This document shows positions 46,028 through 56,076 of a DNA stretch of 64,000 bases, piece after piece (the stretch's first letter is position 1; each line of letters opens with the position of its first letter). Source of the DNA: a virus; the IMG/VR virus record IMGVR_UViG_3300049979_000188, one strand, 5' to 3'. The position numbers were made by a program, and so were the translations under genes. The notes below the pieces were generated by a model, which worked only from the letters and a program-made list of their open reading frames with translations, was not told the DNA's origin and searched no databases.

Positions 46028-46360
46028 ATGAAGACCTACCCTATCGAAGAAGAAGCACGAGTTGATTTTGAAGTGGCTAATGCACTTGAGTCAGTGGGCT
46101 ACCCCTACCGCTATGCCAGTGAAGTTCCACTTAATATCCCAACCCTGAATGCGGCACAGCGTTGGCTACGTATTGCGCGTGACCAGCACATGGAAGTAGA
46201 ATACACTGGGGATGGTTTTACCGTATCGGTACTTGGCAGCCAGTTTGGCCGCCTCTATGAGAATACGCAAAAGCCTAACAATCCAACCCGGTTTGCTACG
46301 TACGAGGACGGCCAGCGGGCTGGGGTATTGGAAATGATTAAATTAATTTCCCCCAAATAA
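46028..46360 (+). CDS. Hypothetical cassette protein
   Basis: Own promoter and 11-bp AACGGA hairpin; AT-richer codons. Confidence 0.85.
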   Translation: MKTYPIEEEARVDFEVANALESVGYPYRYASEVPLNIPTLNAAQRWLRIARDQHMEVEYTGDGFTVSVLGSQFGRLYENTQKPNNPTRFATYEDGQRAGVLEMIKLISPK

Positions 46361-46436
46361 CGCAACCTTTCTCCCAGGCCCGCGTAAAAGGACATGTAGC
46401 CGGTAACGGAGCCGGCTACACAACTTCTCCCCTACC

Positions 46437-46769
46437 ATGCATACGCAAGACCAAAAGACGCAAGCCTTAAACGCGGCGGTCAATTCTTTCTCGGCCAAAC
46501 CGGAGAGCACTGCAACCGAAGCAATGGGCGAGCTTGCCCAGCATACGTTCGAGGCTGGCTACGCCCTGGGTCGCACGCCCGAGCGCGAGTTCACCGCCGA
46601 CGAGCTCTATAAGATTCAACAGGTTCTTTTCGACCTGCGGTGGAACTGGGGCAGCTTCGCCCAAACAATGGGGCAACTGCTGCGAGCCGGTGACAGCAGC
46701 ACTCGCCAGAAGCTGGCCAAGGGGTTCCCCCACGAGTTCAGCGCCTGGCTCGAAATGGCCAGACGGTAA
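46437..46769 (+). CDS. Hypothetical cassette protein
   Basis: Own promoter (GCAAC variant) and leader. Confidence 0.85.
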   Translation: MHTQDQKTQALNAAVNSFSAKPESTATEAMGELAQHTFEAGYALGRTPEREFTADELYKIQQVLFDLRWNWGSFAQTMGQLLRAGDSSTRQKLAKGFPHEFSAWLEMARR

Positions 46770-46875
46770 GCAAAAGACCCCGTCGCCTAACGGGGTCTTT
46801 TTTTTTTAGCTACTAGTGTAACCTTTCTCCGGGCTCTGCGTAAAAGGACTCAGAAACCACCTAACCACTTTCGCC

Positions 46876-47163
46876 ATGAACGAGCACGCAACCCCCGACC
46901 TGACTAGTACGCGCATTGGCCAGGAACTACCCCTGCGGCACTTGCAAGGGGACGAGTACACCTACATCCAGAACGAGCAGGAGCTCGCCGCTACCGTAGC
47001 TGACGTGAGCGAAGACGTGCTGGCTAAGCACATCAAGGCCTACGAGAATGATACCATCACTGGGGCAATGGTGAAGGTGGGTGAGGGCTGGTACGACCAA
47101 ATCTGGCTCACCACGGATAGCGCGCCCTATCATTTAGCCTCACTTTATACCCGCGCCCTGTAA
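46876..47163 (+). CDS. Hypothetical cassette protein
   Basis: Own promoter, AGAAACCAC leader. Confidence 0.85.
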   Translation: MNEHATPDLTSTRIGQELPLRHLQGDEYTYIQNEQELAATVADVSEDVLAKHIKAYENDTITGAMVKVGEGWYDQIWLTTDSAPYHLASLYTRAL

Positions 47164-47267
47164 CCCACCCGGTTCTTTTTACGTATACAGACCATAACCA
47201 ACCCGCCCGTGTTTCTTTCGAGAGGCACGGGCCGGCTTGTCAGTACCCACTTCATTTTCTTACTGAC

Positions 47268-47564
47268 ATGACCGACCAACTCCAACTCCTGACCCTTGTA
47301 CCGCGCCAGTTTTACCTGCGCGAAGACACCCGCTACGCCTACGGCAAAGACGGGAGCGACCGCGAGCCCCTCACGCCCCAGCAGGCCCAGGAGCGCGTGC
47401 AAGAGGCCCTGCTGGCCCAGGACGTGAGCCTGCAAGACGTGGCCCCGTTCCTGGGTGCGCTGCTGGTGGGCACGCCCGCCGAGCTCCTGCTGGAAGAGTC
47501 CTACCCCCGCGCCAGCTGCGACTGCTGCAACGACCATGTAAAAGTTTTTTTGGTTGTGGTGTAA
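47268..47564 (+). CDS. Hypothetical protein with C-terminal SCDCC motif
   Basis: Class-B promoter at 47160, long leader with UUCG hairpin. Confidence 0.8.
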   Translation: MTDQLQLLTLVPRQFYLREDTRYAYGKDGSDREPLTPQQAQERVQEALLAQDVSLQDVAPFLGALLVGTPAELLLEESYPRASCDCCNDHVKVFLVVV

Positions 47565-47634
47565 CCTTCTGCTAAGGTTAACCGTAAAAGACCGTATACC
47601 GAGCAACGGAGCTCGGTATACGAGCCTTACTACT

Positions 47635-47925
47635 ATGCAAGCTGAGACTATTTTAGTAACCCCCGCACACTGGACGCTGAGTAATCTAAATGGGGTGACA
47701 ACAATGGCGGATTTTAACCGTCGCCAGAAAAACGATAAATCCCCCCGTATTCTTCGGCAAGGGACTAAGCAAGCCCGCACTAGCGGTTACGTTAGCTGGT
47801 TACGCAAAGCAACTGAGTCTGGTAAGATTGAGCTCTTACTATGGGTGGGTGCCACTAAAATGCAAGCAGTCCATAACGCGCGTCTCAGCGGCGAACCCGC
47901 CAAACAGGGTTATTCTGTAAAATAA
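47635..47925 (+). CDS. Basic hypothetical cassette protein
   Basis: Start reset to MQAET, 24 nt after the loop; AT-richer codons. Confidence 0.8.
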   Translation: MQAETILVTPAHWTLSNLNGVTTMADFNRRQKNDKSPRILRQGTKQARTSGYVSWLRKATESGKIELLLWVGATKMQAVHNARLSGEPAKQGYSVK

Positions 47926-48016
47926 AAAGTTTTTTCACTAAACGCAACTTTCTCCGAGGGCTCTGCGTAAAAGGACACATAAAGGGCAACGGAGCCCCTC
48001 GCAAACCTTCCCTACC

Positions 48017-48592
48017 ATGCAAGCTGTTATCACGAACGCGCTGCTTCAGAACGCCCGTCAACTCAACGGGATGCAGGACGAGCGCACAACTAGCGCCATC
48101 ATCCCCACCCTCGACGGCACCTACCTCATCGAGGTAGTAGGCTGGGTGATGCTGCAAAAAGTTACGGCCGGCCGCTACCGCCTCGTTATTCAGCGCGGCA
48201 CGGCTTACTTCTACAAGCCGAAAGGAAGCAAGCTCATCGTGGCCCACCACGAGAGCGTCGTGCGGATGGCCAACGGCCGGGCTGGCGACCTTAACGGCAT
48301 CAATTACCTGGGCGTAGGTAACGAGACTACCCAGGCCGCCCTGGATGCCAGCCAGCCCGAGCTGAGCCTGGGTGCGTGCTACGATATTGCGGTAACTTTT
48401 GAGCCCGGTAGCCAGCACCAAAACTACGTTATTCGCCAGCAGATAAGCAACGTAGATAACGAGGCGAAGGAATATGAGGTTACGGTTCTTTCGCCCGTTC
48501 CTGAACCAGGCAAGGTAGTGACCGTGCGCCGCAGCTTTTACAAGCTCCACCGCCAGGTGCGCGAAGATACCCGCCTGACCCTGGTCGGCTAA
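48017..48592 (+). CDS. Hypothetical cassette protein
   Basis: Own promoter and AACGGA leader. Confidence 0.85.
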   Translation: MQAVITNALLQNARQLNGMQDERTTSAIIPTLDGTYLIEVVGWVMLQKVTAGRYRLVIQRGTAYFYKPKGSKLIVAHHESVVRMANGRAGDLNGINYLGVGNETTQAALDASQPELSLGACYDIAVTFEPGSQHQNYVIRQQISNVDNEAKEYEVTVLSPVPEPGKVVTVRRSFYKLHRQVREDTRLTLVG

Positions 48593-48708
48593 TTAGATGG
48601 ACCCTGACAGGAGATTGTCAGGGTCCATTTATTTTTTCGTAAACTTGTAACCTTTGACTCCTCACCCTCGTAAAAGGAGGCAGAAACCAACTAACCCCTT
48701 TTCTTCTC

Positions 48709-49164
48709 ATGGATACCTTACTCGCTGCTGCCCCCACCGCCACTAGTTCTAACGCCGAGGCTACCTTGCAAGAGGGCCTACGCTGGCTGCGTCACCACAA
48801 TATTCCTTACTACAACGCCCAGCCAGGGAAGGTAGCGCTGCTGGGGGATAACGAGGTAAATGCGCAGCCGCTGGTGGGGCGGTTCGGTCCGTTGCGCTGC
48901 CACCAACTCACGGTAGTCGAGGCGGCTACCGGCCTGCCCCTGACTGTTACCAGCGGCACCCAGCTGTTGGCGCTGGCCGTGGACCTGACCCGGCCCCAGC
49001 CGCGTATCCTGGTGGATGCCTTGACCCCGCAGGGCCGTAAACGCGAGCTGCTGCTCACGGCTCGCCAGGCCGACCTGGCCCGGGGCGAGGACACCAACCA
49101 TTCGCTGCTGGCCGACGTGCTGGCCCGGCTGCGTGCCCTGCAAAAAGTTCGCGTTAGTCGCTAA
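48709..49164 (+). CDS. Hypothetical cassette protein
   Basis: Own promoter, AGAAACCAAC leader. Confidence 0.85.
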   Translation: MDTLLAAAPTATSSNAEATLQEGLRWLRHHNIPYYNAQPGKVALLGDNEVNAQPLVGRFGPLRCHQLTVVEAATGLPLTVTSGTQLLALAVDLTRPQPRILVDALTPQGRKRELLLTARQADLARGEDTNHSLLADVLARLRALQKVRVSR

Positions 49165-49273
49165 CCACGAAAAACCCTAACTAAAAAAAGTTAGGGTTTT
49201 TTTGGCTACCTTTGTAACCTTTCTGCGAGCCCTGCGTAAAAGGAGGCAGAAACCAACCAACCCCGCTAACTTT

Positions 49274-49561
49274 ATGTGCACCGAAACCCTGAACACCCCC
49301 AAGTGGATTACCACCGATAGTGACACCCGGCAAAAAGGCCGCCAGCTCGGGCCTGGGGTGTATGAGTTTAAGGAGCGGCGCAACGGCCAGAAGTTTCGCC
49401 GCACGGTGGTGCTGGCCGACTACTCTACCGAGCGCCAGGAATACTATATCAGCGCCTACTACGGCTCCCTGGCGAAGTTGCGCGCTGAGTTCCCCGAGCC
49501 GGAAGATGCCGACTGGTTGCTGGCTGAATGTATTTTTGAGCAATTGAGCTATTATTCGTAA
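49274..49561 (+). CDS. Hypothetical cassette protein
   Basis: Start reset to MCTET; AGAAACCAAC leader. Confidence 0.8.
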   Translation: MCTETLNTPKWITTDSDTRQKGRQLGPGVYEFKERRNGQKFRRTVVLADYSTERQEYYISAYYGSLAKLRAEFPEPEDADWLLAECIFEQLSYYS

Positions 49562-49614
49562 CCTTTTCCCAGGGCTCGGCGTAAAAGGAGGCAGAAACCA
49601 ACCCCTTACTTCCA

Positions 49615-49923
49615 ATGGAAAAGAAACTTGTATCCTGGGCCACATTCAGTAAGCAGGATGGGAAACACCTCCCGCGCAAACGGCGTGGCGACTGTGCGGG
49701 CTTTGGCGGAGTAGACGTGGTAGACCCTACTTTACGGGCGGCTGGTTATAGTCGTCGTTCGGAAGATGGTATACTGGGCTTTGATAAACCTAAAACACTC
49801 GCAAATCAACTCTTTAAAGAGTTTAGTGATGAGATAAATGGTATAGCTGTTTATCACGTAGCTCGCCACCGGGCCGATATGGATGGTTTTACGCTCAATC
49901 TTTATTTTCTTAAAAATGCTTGA
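49615..49923 (+). CDS. Hypothetical cassette protein, low GC
   Basis: Own promoter, AGAAACCAAC leader. Confidence 0.8.
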   Translation: MEKKLVSWATFSKQDGKHLPRKRRGDCAGFGGVDVVDPTLRAAGYSRRSEDGILGFDKPKTLANQLFKEFSDEINGIAVYHVARHRADMDGFTLNLYFLKNA

Positions 49924-50218
49924 CTTCACCCCCAGCACCCTGGCCCGCTTGCACAAGCAGCGCCCCAGCACCGGCAACACCCTTACTCACTCGGTGCCCC
50001 TGGGCCTGGGTAAGGCGCTCGTAAAAGGCGAGAAAAACGGCCTCTGTAATCGCAGCGCCTGCTTGAAGCCGGGCGCTACCTTTCGCCACATCGGCAATGG
50101 CCTCTACTACTGCCCCGAGTGTGCGGGGCTCATCAATTACCCCGGTGGCCAGGCCGACGCGCAGCGCCTCTTCGGCCGGCCCCTACTGTGCATGGTAGAC
50201 CCTGAAGACGCAAAATAA
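49916..50218 (+). CDS. Putative Zn-finger protein
   Basis: CNRSAC...YYCPEC; start reset to MLDFTP, overlapping the previous stop. Confidence 0.75.
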   Translation: MLDFTPSTLARLHKQRPSTGNTLTHSVPLGLGKALVKGEKNGLCNRSACLKPGATFRHIGNGLYYCPECAGLINYPGGQADAQRLFGRPLLCMVDPEDAK

Positions 50219-50306
50219 TTTTACGTAAAGCTGTAACCTTATCTGAGCGAGCTGCGTAAAAGGACACATACCGGGCAACGGAGCCCAGTACTACTACTCT
50301 CCCCAC

Positions 50307-50732
50307 ATGGTTAAGTTAACTGACACTGTACTTAAAAACCAGGCGGCTTTCCTGCTCAATACCAGCAGCAAAAACATCTACCTGGCCGCCGTACCCGCCG
50401 ATGGTGACCCGGGTGCTCTGCACTACCAGGGGCAGGTCTACGAGTTCCAACTCGACTACAAGGGCATCGTGCCCGACAGCTTGGTAAACACCGGCCGGGC
50501 CACGGTTACGATTGTGGTGAAGCGTGACTGGCTCGACGGTCGGGCCACGGCACAGGAGCTGTGCATCTTTTACGGCACGGGCACCCCGGCTGACAGCACG
50601 CTCTGGCCCGAGCAGTGGAAGCAGGTACGCACCAGCCTCAATTATTGGGAGTGGGTAGCCAAGGAGTTGCGCCTGCGCCGCGAGTACCGCGAGCGCGTCC
50701 TGCTCGACTACCCCGACATGTTTACCAAATAA
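50307..50732 (+). CDS. Hypothetical cassette protein
   Basis: Own promoter and AACGGA leader. Confidence 0.85.
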   Translation: MVKLTDTVLKNQAAFLLNTSSKNIYLAAVPADGDPGALHYQGQVYEFQLDYKGIVPDSLVNTGRATVTIVVKRDWLDGRATAQELCIFYGTGTPADSTLWPEQWKQVRTSLNYWEWVAKELRLRREYRERVLLDYPDMFTK

Positions 50733-50831
50733 ACGTAAAATAATCGGCAGCAAGTGTAACCTTGCTGCCGAGTCCTGCGTAAAAGGACCATGAAGCGCAA
50801 CGGAGCGCTTCACTTTACCCCTCCTACTCTT

Positions 50832-51218
50832 ATGGAATACAATGGCACCCACTACGGCGCAATGTTCAGCGTCTTTCAGGGCTACGTCGCGCAGCAAGCT
50901 GACCAACGCAAAAACATGGAGGATGCCTTGGTCTCCTACTTGAAAAGTGCTGAGGTGACCCGGTTCCTGGTCAGCGATGGCAACGAGCCCTGCCTGGTGG
51001 AAGTTATCCAGAATGCCCACCTCAACCCGCCCGTACTGGAAAAAGACGGCCAGCTGCACTTTATCAGCACCCAGGGGCTGCACACGGCTCAGGGCCTCAA
51101 GCCGTTGCGTTGTTTCACGGATGCCGAACTACTAGCCGTCGGTGCGTACGTGCAGCAGTGGTATCGTTACCACTACTTTGGCTACCACCAGCCCAACCCC
51201 TTTCCCAGCGCCGAATAA
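50832..51218 (+). CDS. Hypothetical cassette protein
   Basis: Start reset to MEYNG; an in-frame upstream ATG exists at 50790. Confidence 0.8.
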   Translation: MEYNGTHYGAMFSVFQGYVAQQADQRKNMEDALVSYLKSAEVTRFLVSDGNEPCLVEVIQNAHLNPPVLEKDGQLHFISTQGLHTAQGLKPLRCFTDAELLAVGAYVQQWYRYHYFGYHQPNPFPSAE

Positions 51219-51315
51219 AAAAACCTCGGGGGAACGTAACACTTCCCCCGAGCCCTGCGTATACTACCTTACCAACCGGGCACCAATGCCCACTTAACCC
51301 CCCACACCCCCTTTT

Positions 51316-51735
51316 ATGGCTGTATCAGATGTAGCCTCCGTTCTCGCCACCCTGCAAAGCTTCGGCTTTAGCGGTAAATTCCAGGCCGATGGCACCCTGG
51401 GGTTCAACCTGGCCAGCCTGGCCACCGATGAGCTCAGCAAACTGCTGGCCTTTCGCCGTAGCTACGGCCACCCCATCGCCCTCAAGCGTAGCGGCACCGG
51501 CCTGCGGGTGAGCTTCACGCCCGGCGTGGAGCCGGTAAATCAACAGGCGGTAAACTTGGAGTTCACCAAGATTATCGAGCAGGAAAAACGCCTCAGCCCT
51601 ACTGGCCAGGGCTACAATGTACACACTCTCAACGACCCCGAGTTTGTGGCCCTGGTAGACTACCAGAACTACAAGGATAAGCCCGTTACGCTCAAGCGTA
51701 GCGGCACCGGCCTGCGGGTTACGGTGGGCAACTAA
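51316..51735 (+). CDS. Internally duplicated protein (LKRSGTGLRV twice)
   Basis: Class-B promoter at 51236; 29-bp perfect direct repeat at 51481 and 51691. Confidence 0.85.
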   Translation: MAVSDVASVLATLQSFGFSGKFQADGTLGFNLASLATDELSKLLAFRRSYGHPIALKRSGTGLRVSFTPGVEPVNQQAVNLEFTKIIEQEKRLSPTGQGYNVHTLNDPEFVALVDYQNYKDKPVTLKRSGTGLRVTVGN

Positions 51736-51857
51736 GCAAGAAAACCCTGACCCTAAAAAGTCAGGGTTTTTTTATAACTCTACGTAACCTTTCCCCCGGG
51801 CTCTGCGTAAAAGGACTATAATCGGCAACGGAGCCGACTACTATTTCCCTCCGCCTC

Positions 51858-52250
51858 ATGGATTTTTCGTATCAGCACCTGGCCAACGCTTACGCCCTGT
51901 TCAACAACTACACCCAGCAAGAATACGAGCAGCGCCGCAGCATTGTTGATGCCATTGCCGGGGGCGTGCGCACCGAGCGGCTGGCCCCCTACCTGGAAAA
52001 CGGGTTGCTCTCGGTGAGCCTGCTGCACGAAAAGGCCCGGTTCTTTTTGACGGATAAGAAGCTGCTCGATTTTGGCAAGCCAGCCGAGGTGCTGGCCATT
52101 GGCGAGGACCGGGTGTATACGCCCATTGGCTACCTGAGTATGGAAAACCTCAGCAACCAAGATTTGGTGGCCGTGGCCGGGTGGGTACAGAAGATTTACG
52201 TGGATATTGAAATTGGCGAACAGGTTGGCCAGCGCACTCGTCCCAGCTAA
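51858..52250 (+). CDS. Hypothetical cassette protein
   Basis: Own promoter and AACGGA leader. Confidence 0.85.
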   Translation: MDFSYQHLANAYALFNNYTQQEYEQRRSIVDAIAGGVRTERLAPYLENGLLSVSLLHEKARFFLTDKKLLDFGKPAEVLAIGEDRVYTPIGYLSMENLSNQDLVAVAGWVQKIYVDIEIGEQVGQRTRPS

Positions 52251-52340
52251 TTTATTTTTCGTAAACTTGTAACCTTTACCCGACACCCACGTAAAAGGAT
52301 ACATAACCGGCAACGGAGTCGGTTAGTCAACTTCCCTCCC

Positions 52341-52664
52341 ATGTTAGAGTTAACCAAGCAAGCCCTGCTGAGTCGCATTTTGGGCAGTCCCCTGCGTCTT
52401 CGTAAAGCCACCCGCTTTCGCCGTAACCAGCTCAAGAACCTGGCCCGCCGCAAGGGCTACCGCCTGCTGCGCGTCTACACCCGGCACATCGGCTGGATTT
52501 ACCGCATCGAAATCCTGCCCTATCCCGGTAACGGGGAAAAGTTAATCCGCACCTACGACTACTGCAAAACCCAGGCCGCTACGGCCGCTGAGCGCCTGGC
52601 CCTGCACCTGCTGGGAAAACCCGACATTAGCTGGAAACGTAAAAAAAAGCTAGTTTCGTTGTAA
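52341..52664 (+). CDS. Basic hypothetical cassette protein
   Basis: Own promoter and leader; R/K-rich. Confidence 0.8.
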   Translation: MLELTKQALLSRILGSPLRLRKATRFRRNQLKNLARRKGYRLLRVYTRHIGWIYRIEILPYPGNGEKLIRTYDYCKTQAATAAERLALHLLGKPDISWKRKKKLVSL

Positions 52665-52736
52665 CCTTTCACAAACTACTCCCGTATAAAGTATCAGAAA
52701 GCCAGGCAACGGAGCCTGGCTTAACTTTCTAGTCCC

Positions 52737-52877
52737 ATGCTAACTGTAAGCAAAAAAACACGTAAGCGCCTTAACGCACAAGATAAACGCACCCTGGCTA
52801 TGCTCGAAGCGGTGATAAACCCCAGCCAGGAAGTACTAGAGCACATTGCGACGCTCAAAAAAGAACAGAAAGACTAA
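52737..52877 (+). CDS. 46-aa cassette protein MLTVSKKTRKRLNAQDKRTLAM...
   Basis: Hand-translated; own promoter, ATG 23 nt after the AACGGA loop. Confidence 0.8.
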   Translation: MLTVSKKTRKRLNAQDKRTLAMLEAVINPSQEVLEHIATLKKEQKD

Positions 52878-52962
52878 AAGTTGCGTAACCTTTTCCCTAC
52901 CCCTCACGTACAATAGACATCTCCCCGGCAACGGAGCCGGGGAGCTTTCCTCCCCATTGGTT

Positions 52963-53355
52963 ATGCAAGATACTACCCGCGCCGATGCTTACCTGGCGAA
53001 ACTTAATGCCCTGACTCCGGCTGAGCAAGAGGCGTACTACGCCGCGTGTGACCGGGCCAGGCAGCCCAATAACACGCTCGAAGAGTACGCCACGGCCACC
53101 AACGGTACGCGGATGAACCTGGGCTGCGCCGTGCGCATCCTGGAGCGCCGGCTGGAGGCCGCCGGGATGATGAGCCAGGTGCTGCACCCCAACCATCCCG
53201 AGCCGGGCAGCGAAGGTGCTTTGCGTACCATTGGGGACGTTATCGCCTCCATGCACAACGACCTGGATAAGCTCAGCGACGACCAGCAGCGTATCTTTAC
53301 GGAGGTGGAAGCCGGTAAGCAGTACCCCGAACGGGTACCCTACCCTACGCTCTAA
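52963..53355 (+). CDS. Hypothetical cassette protein
   Basis: Start reset to MQDTT. Confidence 0.8.
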   Translation: MQDTTRADAYLAKLNALTPAEQEAYYAACDRARQPNNTLEEYATATNGTRMNLGCAVRILERRLEAAGMMSQVLHPNHPEPGSEGALRTIGDVIASMHNDLDKLSDDQQRIFTEVEAGKQYPERVPYPTL

Positions 53356-53474
53356 CAAAAAACCCCAGCCCTAAAAAAGTTGGGTTTTTTTGTTGCCTAA
53401 ATGTAACCTTTCTCCCGGGCTCTGCGTAAAAGGACACATGCAGCGCAACGGAGCGCCGTAACAACTTCTCCCCC

Positions 53475-53912
53475 ATGCCCTCCTTTCTCGACGAACTTCG
53501 CCACATTACGGCTACGGCCCAGGAAGACACCCTGCTGGCCCAGGCCCTACTCGACCCGGCTATTCAAGCCCGTATTGAAAAGGAGCGTGCCAAGGCTCAG
53601 CCCATTGTGGAAGGGCTAATTGCAAAGGCCAAGCTGGCGGCCAGCAAAAAGGAAACCAGCTTCAAAGTGATGGACCTAGTACATGGGTACAACAGCGAAG
53701 GTTGGGTGGACATTTGCTACGACACCAGCAGCAAAAGCAAGCCTACCCGCGCCAACCTCGGCGTAAAGGCCAAGGCCGTCTACGACTACTGCACCCAGGA
53801 GCTTAAACTACCCACTCATATCAACTACCGCTACGACGGGGGCGACGGGCGTGGCGACCGCTATGACCTAACCATAAGCTGGGAACGCCAGCCCGAGCAG
53901 CCCCGCTACTAA
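53475..53912 (+). CDS. Hypothetical cassette protein
   Basis: Own promoter and AACGGA leader. Confidence 0.85.
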   Translation: MPSFLDELRHITATAQEDTLLAQALLDPAIQARIEKERAKAQPIVEGLIAKAKLAASKKETSFKVMDLVHGYNSEGWVDICYDTSSKSKPTRANLGVKAKAVYDYCTQELKLPTHINYRYDGGDGRGDRYDLTISWERQPEQPRY

Positions 53913-54003
53913 ACTTTTTTCGGGGAAAGGGTAACCTTTCCCCGAGCTCTGCGTAAAAGGACACATACCCGGCAACGGAGCCCGGTCCTACCTACTCCCT
54001 ACT

Positions 54004-54570
54004 ATGACAATCCTTTCCCAACTTGAGCATGAGCCCACCACGGCTGCTACGACCAACCTGGGGGCCTTTGTCCGCGCCTTTATCGAGTGCGGCCTGTGGT
54101 CTGAGAGCGACGAGCTCGACGGCACGAGCGAAGCCGAGGAAAACGGGGACGAAGATTTTGTGGCCCAGGACGTAGACATCGACCAGCTCAGCCAGCCCAG
54201 CCTGGCCGCGTGCATTAAGCAGTGTACCGACTTTATCGGCCTGGCCGTAGCTAACGGCCTGCTGCCCGCAGCAGTTAATACGGAGATTTACAGCCAGGCC
54301 GGGCATGATTTTTGGCTCACCCGCAACGGGCACGGCGTTAGCTTTACTGATAGAGAGCTCTACGGTGAAACCCAGCACGGGCAGGACATTAGCAAGCTGC
54401 TGGCCAGTCTTTGCGACACGTTCAGCGTATTTCCTGAGGTGGATTTTGAGCGCGGGGATGACGGGCTTATCCACCTCTACCCGCTCACCATCACCCTACA
54501 CAGCGGCTACAAGGCCCCAGCAGGTATTACGGGGATAGATGCCCTGGGTTATGCCCAAACGCACTACTAG
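54004..54570 (+). CDS. Conserved phage hypothetical protein
   Basis: Own promoter and leader; AGHDFWLTRNGHG motif. Confidence 0.85.
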   Translation: MTILSQLEHEPTTAATTNLGAFVRAFIECGLWSESDELDGTSEAEENGDEDFVAQDVDIDQLSQPSLAACIKQCTDFIGLAVANGLLPAAVNTEIYSQAGHDFWLTRNGHGVSFTDRELYGETQHGQDISKLLASLCDTFSVFPEVDFERGDDGLIHLYPLTITLHSGYKAPAGITGIDALGYAQTHY

Positions 54571-54697
54571 CAAGCAAAACCCTGACTCCTAAAAAAGTCA
54601 GGGTTTTTTTCTGGAATCTTGTAACCTTTCTCCCGGCCCTGCGTAAAAGGACATGTAAAGCGCAACGGAGCACTTTACGCTAACCCAAACCAACCCC

Positions 54698-54907
54698 ATG
54701 AAAAACGTTCTCCTGCTGCTCGCCCTCTGCTCGTTCACCAGCGTAGCTGCCCAAACCAAGCCCACACCGGCCCCGGCCCCCACCATGAGCGCGCCGAACG
54801 CTACGCGCCTCAACGAGGGTGAGTACGTGCGCGCCAAGCAAGCCCTGGCCAAACGCATGCGCGAGCTTTTCCTGCTCAACCAGCAGGCCGTGAAGGCAAT
54901 GAAATAA
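54698..54907 (+). CDS. Small secreted protein
   Basis: Signal peptide MKNVLLLLALCSFTSVAA-Q. Confidence 0.8.
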   Translation: MKNVLLLLALCSFTSVAAQTKPTPAPAPTMSAPNATRLNEGEYVRAKQALAKRMRELFLLNQQAVKAMK

Positions 54908-55005
54908 AATTTGATTTATTTTCGGGCTCGGTGTAACCTTTATGCCGAGCCCTGCGTAAAAGGACCATGAAGCGCAACGGAGCACTTCATAAAACCTCCC
55001 CCACC

Positions 55006-55596
55006 ATGCAGCGTATCCTCACCGGCCTCGAATTGGCCACCATTTTCGCCGCCATCACCTCGCCCCGTTTCGTTACCCTACGCGGCTACGAAAGCACGAC
55101 CAGCGGCGAAGTGGCCCACCACCGGGTGAACGTGGGCGTAAGCAGCGCCAGCGCCAAAAAAGCCGACGTGCTCGACTACGAAGCTGCCCTGGCTAACGGC
55201 ACGTTTGCCGACCGCCCTGAGCTGCTGGCCGCCTGCCAGCGTCTCTACGAGCGGGCACTAGCTAACCTGAGCAACGAAACCCGCAGCAACCAGTCAGCGG
55301 CTGCCAGCGAGTCGCGGGTGCACGTCGGGCAGGGCCGGGCCGTGTTCTACAACGAAACCAGTGGCGAGCTGTTCGTAGAAGGGTACAGCCTGGGTAAAGA
55401 AGTAGTGGTGCCCGGCACCTACAAGGTAGTAAAAAGCAAGCCCGAAACCCTGGCCCAAAACGCCGTTAAGAAGGAGCTTAAAATCCGCATGGACTCCTGG
55501 CGTACCTGGAAGCTCAGCGGCATCACCAGCGCCCGCGTAAACGGCGAAGAACTGGAAATTGAGCTCGCCCCGACGGGGGAAAAAATACTCGCCTAA
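55006..55596 (+). CDS. Hypothetical cassette protein
   Basis: Start reset to MQRIL, 24 nt after the loop. Confidence 0.85.
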   Translation: MQRILTGLELATIFAAITSPRFVTLRGYESTTSGEVAHHRVNVGVSSASAKKADVLDYEAALANGTFADRPELLAACQRLYERALANLSNETRSNQSAAASESRVHVGQGRAVFYNETSGELFVEGYSLGKEVVVPGTYKVVKSKPETLAQNAVKKELKIRMDSWRTWKLSGITSARVNGEELEIELAPTGEKILA

Positions 55597-55716
55597 CCAA
55601 AGGAGTCCCGGTAAAAAATACCGGGACTTTTTTTAGGTATAAACGTAACCTTTCCCCCGAGCCCTGCGTAAAAGGACCATCAACGGCAACGGAGCCGCTG
55701 TAAAAATTACATTTTT

Positions 55717-56010
55717 ATGATTACTGCCCGCGTTCAAAAAGACTTCCTCGTGGTTGCTCAGTCAACTAACACCAACAGTTTCGGCTTGCGCCAGCACGTA
55801 CTCGTGGCCCGTGACGGGGCGACCTACAAGCTGCACCTTAACTACCTGGATAAGCAGGACGAAGGTACTATCATTACGGCCAGCGTGGTTACCTTCGACA
55901 CCGGTCAAACCCGCACGGATTTCCCCAAAGGAGAAGTACCTCAGTACGTGGGTGTCGGGCCGGCTGAGGTAGTAGCTGGCTTTTGGGAGAAAGTAGTCCA
56001 AGTAGCCTAA
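55717..56010 (+). CDS. Hypothetical cassette protein
   Basis: Own promoter and AACGGA leader. Confidence 0.85.
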   Translation: MITARVQKDFLVVAQSTNTNSFGLRQHVLVARDGATYKLHLNYLDKQDEGTIITASVVTFDTGQTRTDFPKGEVPQYVGVGPAEVVAGFWEKVVQVA

Positions 56011-56076
56011 AGAAAAAAAGCCGCCTAACCAGCGGCTTTTTTGTAACTTTCTCCCCTAGCCCTGCGTAAAAGGACC

